Of a stretch of DNA of 64,000 nucleotides, positions 26,967-39,059 are shown one piece after another. Under the pieces are notes generated by a model. The model did no database searches, had not been told where the DNA came from, and was given only the letters and a program-made list of their open reading frames with translations. The stretch covers positions 7,006,302-7,070,301 of the forward strand of contig MU058065.1 in NCBI GenBank assembly GCA_013265495.1, in the 5' to 3' direction. Positions within the stretch are counted from its first letter, which is position 1. Each line of letters opens with the position of its first letter. Both the position numbers and the translations under genes were made by a program. This stretch comes from Vicugna vicugna (Eukaryota).

Positions 26967-29900
26967 GTAAGTGTCTGCCGGGCAGCTGTCTCTCCCGTGT
27001 GTGTCCTTGTGGGGCTCTCTGCTGGACCTGGGGAGAGGGTGGTGGGCGGCTTCTGTGCCTGGGGCCTGGGATCTGGGGTGGGCCTGGACCTGGGAAGGGC
27101 GTAGGGCTGCGGGGGGCCATGGCCCACCGTGCTGCCTTTAGAGGCGGATGGGGCTGACCTTGCCATCCCTCCTGGACTCACTGCCCTGTGTGAGAGCTGC
27201 CGCCTCAGGTATGGGTTTGGGAGGTGTTGGAAAGGGGCAGTGTGTCTCAGTTACCTCACTTGTTTAGGGGTGAAGGTTTGCGGTGGAAGAGAATGGGGTG
27301 AGCTGAGGGCTTGGTGGAGACATAGAATAGCCCCTGAAACATTCCCATTTATTCAGGATAGCACCCCCGTCAGTCATGTGGCCTGAAATTTGTGGCACCC
27401 CCAGTGCAGACCGTTCCCCTGCCGGCCTCCTGTGGGCTCCCATTTGTGGCTTCCTCCCAACTTTGGCAGGGTCCTTGGCGACTCGGCCGGCCCCCTTGCC
27501 AGGGATCTCTGAGTGTCCAGGCGAGCGCCCTGGTCTGGCAGAGAAGGCCTTCGGTTGTTGTGGGCCCAGGAGCTATTTTTACCTTCCCGAGTGTGCCCGT
27601 GATATCTGCTGCCCGGATAGGCCGACGCCTGGAGTGGGAGGGCCGGGCTCTGGTTATAGTGCCTGGCGTGGGAGCTGAAGGCCAGGCTGGAGGCAGGAGG
27701 CTGGCCCTGCAAGTTCACATTTGTCTCACCGGCGTGGGCTGGCCTGTGACTGGGTAGGTCAGTCACTCTCCAGGCACTGGTCCCCTGGGTCTGAGATAAA
27801 GGTCACAGGCAGGTTTTCTGTCCCTACTCCCTCTCTCTGGGTGAAGTCAAGTGAGATGGTATCTGTGTAAAGTGCGTGGGTCCTTCCTGAGGAGGGCCTG
27901 GGGACACATCTGTCACCATCCCTTGCCCAAGCCGTCTGTATTATGTTGTGAGGTTCTTGGTGCAGCCACAGTTGGAGAGTCCCCCCGCCCCCCAGGCTAC
28001 TCCAGCCATCTTCACCTTGAAGCCGTCAGGGGAAGAGCGCTGAACTTGGAGGCAGGGAGCCGAGTCTGTGCCCTCCGTGCTGGGTGACCTTGGAGCTTCC
28101 CAGGAGCCTGCAGAGCCTAACTGTCTTATAAAATGAGGGGTGGGCGGCAGATTAACTGATCCCTTAAGGCCCTGCAACTCCCCAAACCCCATTGCTTTTA
28201 AAATGCCCTCTTGGCTCAGACTTGTTCTGCTGCCTCTGGGGGCCGCAAGCTGCGGGGGGTGGGGGGCAGGAGCTGCTGGTGGAGGGGCTCTGTTTTCCAT
28301 TTCTGTCTGAATGCTGACTTTATCCATCTTCGAGACCCATGGGCTGAAGTTCATTTGGACACTGGGCCCTGTGCCTCCCTCTTTCTTTCTTCCCTGAGCA
28401 GATTGACGGAGGTGGCCCAGGGAAGGTCCACAGAGGCAGGTTTTTGGGTGACATGGGTGAGGTCCCTTGTACAGGGGGCAGAGCCACCTGTGAGAAGATT
28501 GATGGCAGCCCTGGGAGGATTCTTGTTGCCTTGGTCCATGCTCTGAAAATGCAGTGGGTGCCCTATGAGCATTGTTGTACAGGGAGAAAGACAGGTGTCT
28601 CCTCGCCATGCCTGGACTCATCCGTCCCTGTCAGCCGGGCCCTGAGCCTGTCACTGTAGCATCAGTGGACACTTCCAGGGTGGACCTAAGTTCCTCGGGC
28701 TGCACCTGTCACTGGCTCACTTTGCCTCTCCGAACCCATGTGTCCTCTGTGTGGTTCCCTTTCAGAGACTCAGGGACTTCTCTTCAGAGCCTAATTCTGC
28801 TCCTCAGAGTCCCTGAGGAAGCCCATTCCCATCTGGAGAAGTTCCAGAACTCTCTGTGAGCTGTGTTGAACAAAGGGCTGCCTCAGGCCCTGGCGAGCTG
28901 TTTGTGGGGGAGAGGGAAGGGGGCGGTCAGCATGGGTGGAGGCCAGGACTGTCACAGGCTGGGCCACAGGAGGTCCCAGCTGCCATTGCCAGGGTGTCTC
29001 AGGAGAACTGCTGACCATGCTTGAGCCATGGGGCTGAGGTCCCCACCGCCCTCTGCGTCCTCATCCCCTCCTCACACCATACAGCTCCCCCAGGCAGGTT
29101 AGAACTCGATGTGTTGCTCTGGGCTGGGCCCCTTCTCAGGCTCCTCCAGCTGGAAGGGTCCCCTTTCTTTGTATTCCCCCATTTGTCTTGGATGGGAGCC
29201 TGGTGTTCTCCACAGAAGTCTGGGTGACAGTGAGGGCCTCTTAGAAGCAGCACCTTAACTGTTAGATGCATATATCTTAATTTAAGAATCATATGTGGAC
29301 TCTAGGGTGTCCATCACCCCCCTGAAATTATGTGCAAAATTTGTACGTGTGCATTTTGGAGGGAATTCATCAGATCCCTGAAGGGGTCCTGGGCTGAGAA
29401 AGTGAGTGTCCACTGGACTGGGTTGGAGCGTGGCTGAGGAGTCTGTGGGGGACACTTGGGGTATGCTCTGGCTCAGCCAATTTACAGGGACCTCCCTGGG
29501 GCCCAGCCTGTGCTGCTAACTCTGTAGAGTACCCCTCGCTCATGATATCTTGGCTGCAAGGTGTCTCTTCCCTTTGGGAGAAGCTTGGGGTCCACCTGAT
29601 TTTTCACTTCTCTGGGGAGCAGTGGAAGAAGAGCATCTCAGTGCTGACAGGGCTAGTTCATGTCATGCAAGAAGCATTGAAGAAACCTCTAGTGAGCGCC
29701 AGGCCCTGCACTCTGTAGAGCCATCCTGAATCGCTATGTGAAGTTATGCACTGAACTCTAAGAGGCTCTGTTCACATAGACCACATGCGAACGGTCCTAT
29801 CTGGGAACCAGGCACTGAGGGAGAGAGAGAAAGACATAAAGGCCTTTCCTCAAGGAGCTTAGTGGGGAAGGTAAACATGGACATCAGTAATGAGCGTCCA

Positions 29901-31184
29901 GTGGGTGACCGGTGGTACAGTCACAGGAACCGGGCAGTGGGAGCATGCGAAAGGTCCATCTGAGTCTGGAGGACCGGAGGAAAGGGCTTAAGCCAAGGGA
30001 GGCTTCCCGGAGAAGTTCACACTGAGCCTGAAGGAGGAGGAGGAGTTTCGCCAGGGAGGTTGGGAGCTGCCAGAGCAGGGTGAGGAAGGGTTTTTTAGGA
30101 GAGGGAACAGCATATAAATAGAGTGGGGGTGTTTGGAGTATTGAGGACGGTGAAGGTGAGGTTTCAAAAGGCAGGCAAGGGGTCAGGTGATAAAAGGGCT
30201 GGCACATCTGTCAGGAGGGGAGAGGGGCTGGGCTTTGCTCTGTAGGCGATGAGAGCTGTTGACATGGAGAGAGAGGAGTGTGGCGTGTCTGGATGTGCCA
30301 GGCCCAGCTCACGACAGTCAGCTCCTGAATCCTATCACTCGGCAAACCGGCAAGGAAGCATTTGAATCTTGACTTGAGTGGCTTCGAGGCCAGGCTCTGC
30401 GTGGTCGAGTGGTTGACTCAAGTTGAGTTGGCCATTAAGACGGAGGCCATCCTTCTGAGTGATAGGTGCGTTTGGGGCATGGGTGGGGTTGAAGGAGATG
30501 CTTCTCCTCTGCCTCCTCTCCAGAACCACATCCCTCTGGCCTCCCTGGTACCCAGTCCCTTCCTCTGGCTTCTGTGTGTTGCTTCTCAGTAGCCCTAGCC
30601 CTAACCCCAGCCCATGACCAAAGGGTTAGCACACTCAGAACTTGCTCTCCTGGCTGCCTCTTGGCCGAGCCTCAGGGCTTGTCAAAGCTCACCTACCTCC
30701 CCGACCAACACACATTTGACACCTCATTCCCATGTTTAAGGAGCTGAGATTCCCTCCCGGCCTGCTAGGGCCCCCAACTGCCTCCAAGCCGCCTGTGTCC
30801 AGGGTGGGCACAGTGCCTCTTCCTGTTGGCACTGCATTGATTTTCCTCCACGTTGGCTGTTGGTTGGTTATGACTGCTTCGGGTAATGTGTTCTAATGAT
30901 TGTTATTCTGCTGGATGTGGACCCAAAGGACTTTTTATCCTGAAGGGCCCCCATCCTGAAAACCTTGATAAATCATTTTCTGTGCACAACAGGCTTGTGA
31001 TTGGATAGGGAGGGGTCTCCCCTCCTCTAGTCGCTTTCTTGCGGTCGAGTAGTCTGACCCCCTTTATTCTTCCTGGTTGGCCTTTCTGGCCCGCCTTCTA
31101 AATAAATGGTATCTCCCCACTTGACATCAGTAAGAGAAGTGGAGGTCCTTAATCTCAGGGCTCAAAAGGCTGACCGTCTGGGTC

Positions 31185-31352
31185 AAGGTTTCTCAAGATG
31201 TTATCCAGAAGCCCCGAGAGCTAGCTAAAGTGCTGATCCTTGGCCCTACCCTTGACCTATGAGTGAAAACCTTTGGAGATAGGCCTTGGAATCTACATTT
31301 TTAACAACGCCAGGAGGAGATTCTTATGAACATCTAAATTAGAAGACAACTG
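31185..31352. mobile_element. MER5A-like DNA transposon
   Basis: aggtttctcaa...ggaatctacatttttaacaa...gattcttatg...agaagacaactg. Confidence 0.6.
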
Positions 31353-34300
31353 CGCTAAACCCTTTAGCACCTTAGCATCCCATGTTTATTTCCTTGGTTC
31401 CTTTGAAGTATGTGAGACGGATGTGTGCTGGCCTGTGTGTGCTTCCAGCCCCAGGGGCACCTCCGCAGTTCACTGGCGGGAGCCTGGGGAGCAGAGAGTA
31501 GGGAGGAGGTCCGCATCCAAGTCAGCTGGGGATTTTCCTCAGAGCTTTCCAGAAGCATGACGCGTACATCTGGATTACGGCCGCTGTGGAATAAGGGCCC
31601 CTTGGTGCAGTCGAGCTGAGTGTTGAGGGTGGAGTCCAGGGCTTGGAGCAGCTGCTGGGAAGAGCGGGGAGACATAGTCAGACAAAGCAATCAGAGCCTT
31701 GAAGAGACTGTGGATTTCACTTCCCGAGAGAAACAGGCACAGTGTCCAGCCTGGCCCAGGCTAAGGGCCTGGGAGCTCGCCCCACTGGCTGCGGTACCTT
31801 GTGTTTCCCTTACAGTTTGTCCTTCTGCTCCACTGTCACCCATTCCAGCACCCACAGCCCCATCCAGGCAGGTCCCTTCCTCTGTCCCCTGCCCCTTCCC
31901 ACTGGGTGTCCAACATCCTCTCACCTGCGATGGTTTAACCTGAACTGGCCTTGCCCATTGAGGCTGCTGGACTTTGTGATGGATCTAGTGGTCCTTTAGC
32001 TTAAGAGTCTTAAAGTCATCTTCCCTCACCCCTCCGAGTCCCCACTCCTCCTACCCACCTCTATTTCATTCCTCCTCTTTGCTCTGCCTGCCTCTCTTTT
32101 TTGTCCTTCCTGCCTTAATAGATTGAAACCAACATGGTGTTCCGGCTTCTTGTGGTCCTGGTAAATAGCTCTTAATGTGACCGTGGTCGATGGGGAGACG
32201 GGGGTGACGAGCATGTTGCACAGTGTGGGGGACACAGGCACGTACCCTCATCTCTGATGGGAGCGGCAGGTGTGTGTGCCCCACATGTCATGCGTGTGCT
32301 GGGGTTTCAGCAGAGCCCTCCCAGGGGCTAGACAGACCTGGGACAGGTGTGGATGTCCTCAGTTTCTCCTCTTGATATGAAAAGGAAGATGACCCAATGA
32401 AGGTGCAGAACAGCCTGGAGTATGCTGCCAGCTCTGGGCGTCAGGAGCAGCTGGCCCCTCCTTTGAGGACAGAAATAGATATTTCCATTTGTACTTAGCA
32501 AATAGAATTTAATGAAACAGTTTACACTTTCGATTTTCTTATCAAGCCTTCGTTGCCTGGCAGTTGTAATTCCTGATGCTGTTGCTGCAAACAGTAGCCC
32601 ACGTAGGGGTAAATGACGTGGCAGAATAAGTTTAATATTGACATTTTCAAAATTAGTGAAGAGTGGGTCGTGGCCAGAAGGGCTCAGGTGTCAGGTGGTA
32701 TGAATTCTCCCTCCTTGCCTCAGGAGGTGCTTTCTTAGCTCTTTTGCCAAAAGCTCTTCTTTTGTGAACCCTAGGGGGTCTGCTTTCTCCTGGCAGAAAG
32801 GAACACTCAGGTTTGCACTCGTTTGCACCCAGGGTTTCTCACTGCCTTCTGGGTGTAAGTGAGACCACTGGAAACTCCACCCTTTGCTGCTCCCCCACTT
32901 CCTAGATCATGTGTGCATGTTCTTGGGAGGTTAGGGGGTTCAGGGTGTGGAGGAGATAATGGTTTGGGCTGCAGGGTGGGGCCAGGGCCCAGGAAGGGGC
33001 CTGCTTTCTCTGGGGCCAGCAGCTTTCCAGGCACAGTGAGAAGGAAAGACAGCTCTTCAGACTCCCATTAACTGGTGTCAAGGGCCCATCCTCGCAGGAG
33101 CCACCCCCTAAAATCTGAGTGGATGAGAGCCTCCTGAATGCAACACGTTTCTCCTCTGAAAACAGCCAGCTGGGGTCTCTTTTGTGTGTGTAGTACGGAA
33201 CCCATTTCTTTGGAGGGACGCTGCGTGAGGGGCAGCCTCTCGTCTGACATTTCAGCCCCTTTAGGAATGATGCCAGGCGAGTTGGGAGAGGCAGCCATGT
33301 GTGCAACTGCATTTTAGTAGCCTTTAGGGGTCCGGGCACAAGGGGCAGGCTGTTGGAGAATCCGACCTTTCTCAGCTGAAAGCCCTTTCCAGCTCAGACC
33401 AGCGCCATCCCTGTGAGCCGTGGGCTGTGGCAATACCCTGGCCCAGTGTCACTTGGGGCCTGCTGCTGGCTGAGGTCCCAAAGCCCCAGGGAAAACTGGG
33501 GGCAGAGAGATGATTCTGGAGAGTTAAGGGAATGGGCAGAGTATGCAGCCCCTGGGGGGTTTGTGTGGACAATGTGCCTTGTCGGGCGTCTCGATGCTAA
33601 CTCTTGGGTGACGTCATCTGGTTGGCCTGTGGTTTGTGTGTGTGTATGTTGATCAGGATGTTCCTGTTTTGTGGTTGTCTGATCACTTGTTTTTGGCCGT
33701 GAGCTTCTGTATGAGTGTTTATTTTTAGCAGCTGCCACTTCTGGCCTGAGGGCTGATCCTTGGGCATGGTAGGAGCTTGTATTTTCTGAAATGTTTGTGG
33801 CTTTAAACTTAAGTATTTATTTTGGGGTATTGCTGCTTTTTTACTGTGTTTACTGTAGTGTGTGTGTGTGTGTGTGTGAGTGATATGAGAGATAGGGTAG
33901 AATAATACAAATTGTGTGATCTTTAAATTTCTGATTTAGTTCTGATCTTAAATTAGTTCTGATTTAAATTTAGTTTTACTTTAATTATGTTTTAAATTGG
34001 TTGTGTTTTTAAATCCCAGCGTTACCCAGTACTGTGTGTCTACAAATAAATGGTTTCACCTCTCAGAGTCTCAATTTCTCCATCTTTAAGATAGGCATAG
34101 CACCTCTGACTCACAGGATTAGAAATAATGTACGTGTGAGCGGAGCAAAGTGCTTGGCATAGACTAGGTATTGACTGCACGTTAGCCATTAATACTGGTC
34201 TTTGTATATTTGTGTCCACGCCCACTCTTTCTGACTGGGGTGCCTGTCTGGTGTGCCCCCCGAGTGCACGTGTCTGGGTGTTTGATCTGGGTGATTTCTG

Positions 34301-35161
34301 GGTGGAGCGTGTTTCCCTGGATGTCTTTGTGTCTGGTTTTCTGCGTGAGTGTGTGTGTGTGACTGTTGGTGTCTGGGCTGGAGTTTGTGCCGTCTTTGGG
34401 AGGGGGCCTGCTTTTCTCGCCAACTGGGGCCTGCCTTGGAGTGAGGGGAGGGGAGGTGCACGCGCGCGGTGGGGTGTGTGTCTGATGGCTGGAAGCTGGG
34501 CTGCTGACTGTACAGGGTGTGAAATCACCGAGTTCCTCTGGGCGGGGAAGTTCTTCGTTCCTGAGTCAGCCCTTTGGCCTCCAGCCACCCAGCGCTCACT
34601 CTTTCCTTCCAGAGAAAGTATTGCTCACGGGGTCCCCCAGAGCTGTCTGCAGACAAATGACCCGGGGGACATCTCTCCCTGATGCAAACTCTGCTTTTAT
34701 GTTCTCCATCCCTAAGATGCTCCCTCCACCTCTGGTCCCTGAATCTCCTTTTCAGACCCCTACGGGCCCCAGAATTCAGAGGAAAGTGTGTCCCCTTTAA
34801 CAAGGGGCCTCCTGGCTTTACTGAACCCCACGTTGGCCCAGCACCTCCAGGTCCTTGGGAAGCTAGTGACATACCAGAACCAGGCTTTGGGCTGGGGCAC
34901 TGTGCCCCCAGGACCCCTGCCCAATCTTGGGCTCCACTGCCTGGCCCTGATGCCGGGTGTTGGGGAGGGCAAGAGCCTAGGGAAGGGATCCTCCTGTCCT
35001 TTTGCTTTTCTGGCCCTCCTCAGGTCTGTCTTGGAGTGCTAAGGATGCTTTGGGATCCAAGGAAGGGAAGCTTTCAGCTGCTTTCTTTGGGAGAATAGAA
35101 GATGTCCCATCTCCCACTGACATCTGCTATCTCTATCTCCCTTCCTGGCCCTCTCTTGTAG

Positions 35162-36050
35162 AGGTTGTGGGCCACACCCAGGGACCCCTGGATGGGAGCC
35201 TGTACGCCAAGGTGAAGAAGAAGGACTCCCTGCACGGCAGCACTGGGGCTGTCAACGCTGCGCGTCCTGCCCTTTCGGCCACCCCCAACCACGTGGAGCA
35301 CACCCTCTCTGTGAGCAGCGACTCGGGCAACTCCACGGCCTCCACCAAGACAGACAAGACCGATGAGCCTGTCCCGGGCCCCTCTGCTGCCGCTGCTGCC
35401 CTGAGTCCCGAGGAGAAGCGCGAGCTGGACCGCCTGCTCAGTGGCTTTGGCTTGGAGCGAGAGAAGCAAGGCACCATGTACCACACCCAGCATCTCCTGT
35501 CCCGCCCAGTGGGGGGCCCTGCTGCGCCCTCCTCTGGCCGCCACGTCGTCCCCGCCCAGGTTCACGTCAACGGCGGGGCCTTGGCATCCGAGCGGGAGAC
35601 AGACATCCTGGATGATGAGCTGCCTAACCAGGATGGGCACAGCGTGGGCAGCATGGGCACACTGTCCTCCCTGGATGGGGTCACCAACACCAGTGAGGGG
35701 GGCTACCCAGAGGCCCTGTCTCCACTGACCAATGGTCTGGACAAGCCCTACCCTGTGGAAACTATGGTCAATGGCGGGGGCTACCCCTATGAGTCTGCCA
35801 GCCGGGCGGTGTCTGCCCAGGCTGGCCACGTGGCCCCCATGCGGCCCTCCTACTCTGCACAGGAGGGTTTAGCTGGCTACCAGCGGGAGGGGCCCCAGCC
35901 AGCCTGGCCACAGTCAGTGACCACCCCCCACTATGGCCATGATCCTAGCAGCATGTTCCGCTCTCAGTCCTTTCCGGAAACCGAGCCCCAGCTGCCCCCA
36001 GCTCCAGCCCGTGGCGGGAGCAGCCGGGAGGCTGTTCAGAGGGGCCTGAA

Positions 36051-36082
<32 letters not shown>

Positions 36083-36733
36083 CTCGCCCACCTCCTCGCC
36101 AGCAAGAAAGAGCCCACTTGGAGGGTCTTGGGCTCAGCAGACCTAGCCCCCAGCCACTGGCAGAGCCCCCCATGCCTGGCCTCCCTGAGTTCCCACGGGC
36201 AGCCTCCCAGCAGGAGATCGAGCAGTCCATCGAAGCCCTCAACATGCTGATGCTGGATCTGGAGCCAGCCACGGCGGCTGCCCCCCTGCACAAGTCCCAG
36301 AGTGTCCCCGGGGCCTGGCCAGGGGCTTCCCCGCTCTCCTCCCAGCCCCTCTCTGGCTCCTCCTGCCAGTCCCATCCACTGACCCAGTCCAGATCCGGCT
36401 ATATCCCCAGTGGGCATTCCTTGGGAACCACTGAGCCGGCCCTCCGGTCCTCCCTGGAGTCCGTCCCTCCTGGCAGGCCTTACTCACCTTATGATTATCA
36501 GCCATGTCCAGCTGGGCCCACTCAGACTTACCATCCAAAGAGCCTAGCCTCCTCCTCGTCTGCCCTCCTTCCAACCACCCAGAGTGCGCCAGGGCCTCAG
36601 CAACCTCCGGCCTCTCTTCCTGGCTTCACCGCTCAACCTCAGCTCCCACCAAAGGAGATGACTTCAGACCCATCACGAACTCCGGAGGAGGAGCCATTGA
36701 ACCTGGAGGGGCTGGTGGCCCACCGGGTAGCAG
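35162..36733 (+). CDS. TNS1: Tensin-1 large central exon: (E)[20 protein letters not shown]...[16 protein letters not shown]
   Basis: Lies within the 645-aa ORF 35002-36939. Acceptor ttgtag, donor gtaaga. 1572 nt, phase 1-1. Closely matches recalled mammalian TNS1. Confidence 0.97.
36058..36081 (+). repeat. Pure (CAG)8 encoding a polyglutamine tract in TNS1
   Basis: Read directly from the sequence: [10 protein letters not shown]. Confidence 0.95.
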
Positions 36734-38794
36734 GTAAGAGCCTTGGGGACCATCAGTGCTGGCTGTCCCCTCCTGACTTCCTCTACACCTTCCCTCTTCG
36801 GTCTTGGTTGGTTTTGCTGGGGGAAAATGCAGGCACAGCCATCATGCCTCAGTGGGCGCTGCTTTGGTCCGAGGAAGAGGCTGTCAGGAGCCCACATGCC
36901 AGCCATCCCTTCCTGCATTCATTGTCTGTTAGGCTCTAAGACGGGTATTGAGAATCAAAGATCAGTGTCTTTCAAGAGCTTTCAGTCTAGTGAGGGAACA
37001 GGTACACAGACAGATAATCCTAACAGTGTAGTGTGTGCTACAACAGAGGTGGGGAGCAAAGCCCCAGAGCCTGGGAAAGCAAGGCTTGCCCCCTAGAGCA
37101 ATCTGCAGGTGGTGACTCTGGGGCTGGAGAACAGATTTCCTATCAGAGAATGAGCTTATCTTTGTGGAGAGAGGAGAGAGAGTGGGGCAACCAGTCGAGC
37201 TTACTGGGGAGATAAATGCAAGAAACAGTGGCGTGCCCAGGGCCATGCTGGGAGGGGCAGGAAGTCTCCCTTCCTTCCTGCTGGCCTGAGCTGATGACCA
37301 TTCCGTGGGGGCAGCCAAACTGGGCGGGAAATCCTATGAGTTGGTTTTGTGGTTGACATGAAGTCCAGCCACGGGTGAACCAGAGCCTGGGGCAAGGGGG
37401 AACTTGTACCAAGCCCCTCCGCTGACAGGGTGGTGTGAGGCCGGGATGCAGAAGAGGAGCTGGGCAGCTGACTCTGCCATCTGTCCCTTTTCCTAAATTT
37501 AGGGGAAGCTGAGTCACCATGCCAGCTGCAGGGAGGAAGGGAGACACCCTCCCTGGAGATGGATGGTGGGTTTGGAGTAGTAGCTGGGGCCAGGCCTGTT
37601 GGCTAGTGGGCTGGGTCTAGGATCTGGTGTGGGGGCATGGACACCCAGCTCCTATGCTTCAGAGCAGAGCACAGTCCCCAGTTCAACTATTGGTAACTTG
37701 AGATTGGCCATAATGAAGTATTCACATTATGGAAGTTGGCAGTCAGGGCTTCACCTGCTCTGGAGAGTTGGTCTAGCAGCACATCATTGCTTTTACCTGA
37801 GTCAGACCACGAGATGAGCAGCTCTATAACCCCAGGGGTGAAATGCTCCATGGGGTGGTCCCTGTGGGGCTCTGTCGTCTACTTTTGTCCACATCTGGGC
37901 CCCTGTGATACAGAACCCCAGGCTTGTGGGCAGAAACCATTTTCTCCTGGTTTTGTTGAAGGGAGAGGAATGGGTCCTCTCATTATTTTACAGGGTTGAG
38001 GTGGTAGCCTGAGGAATAGTGATACTCTGGTCTAATGACCCAAGGGGCTCTTCTCTGCGGGAGCAGGATGAATTTCCTCCCCGTCCCAGAACCCTTCTGT
38101 AAAGCCACACTTTAATGGCCCCAGAAGGATGTCCCTCTTGTAGCAGCTCTCCCCTCAGCCTTTTCTCTCCTATCAGCTTCTGAGATCTTGACTGTCAACC
38201 TCCATATCCTGTAACTGCCCAGATTTTGGCTGCCAAGAAGTCACAGGGAGGGAAGGATATTGTTGGCACAGTATGTCTGTCCCCCAACCCCACCAGCTGT
38301 CTCCTCCACCAGCTGTAAGTGACTTAGTCAGGGGAAGGGATAAGATGTGTATAGGAGACAGTTACATTTGGTCCATGCCCTGTCATGAACAGTATTTCTT
38401 ATGTCAGCAGTTCTTCTTTGCACACCTTCCTCAGGAGCCCTTCAGGGTATCTGCAGTGCTTGTCTAGATAGAGATACACCAACAGGATCAATTTGTAGAA
38501 CAATCTGGGGCCAAGGAATAGACTTTCAGCACTGCCTTTTCCTTCTCATTCTATGTTCTTCTACTAGAAGCTGGAACATAAGCTTCAACATGAGTAACCC
38601 AGGAAGCTCAGATCTGAGGGAGAACCTCTATATGGCCATGGATGTGATCTGGTTTCTCCTGGCCTTTCTCCCTCGACTCTGCCTTTTCTTCCTTGGCTGT
38701 CCTCCATACCTCGGTACTATGTCCCTGGTTCATTCCACTTTGATCCAGCTACTCTTTATGTCTTATTTCAGCTTAGATCTCAGAGACTGTAGGG

Positions 38795-38985
38795 ATAGTT
38801 TTCTTAACTTGATAAAGGGTGGGTACCAGAAATCTATAGCACACATCACACTTTCTTGTGAAACATGAGAAGCTTTCCCATTACACCAGGGACAAAACAA
38901 AGTTGCCTGTTATCACCACTATTATTTAACATTGTATCAGATATCCTAGCCACTACAATAAGACAAGAAGAAGAAATAAGAGTCA
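38795..38985 (+). mobile_element. Old L1 ORF2 (RT) fragment
   Basis: tatcaccactattatttaacattgta...cctagcc...caataagacaagaagaagaaataa corresponds to the SPLLFNIV..LA..IRQEEEI motif. Confidence 0.75.
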
Positions 38986-39059
38986 GAGTTGTCGAGTCCA
39001 TTCAAGTTATCTTATGATCCTGATTCTGTGACTGGAGTGATCTCAGGTGTCTCTAGAGG

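Noticed and set aside
33918..33975. Short degenerate ttagttctgat(c)ttaaa tandem repeat
   Set aside because: Only 2-3 imperfect copies with no unique spacers, so local slippage rather than an array.
35074..36417. Antisense ORFs (251 aa, 167 aa) over the large exon
   Set aside because: Expected shadow ORFs of GC-rich coding sequence, with no independent support.
35002..36939. 645-aa ORF as a stand-alone gene
   Set aside because: It is the large TNS1 exon plus intronic read-through on both sides. Splice sites at 35161 and 36734 bound the true coding part.
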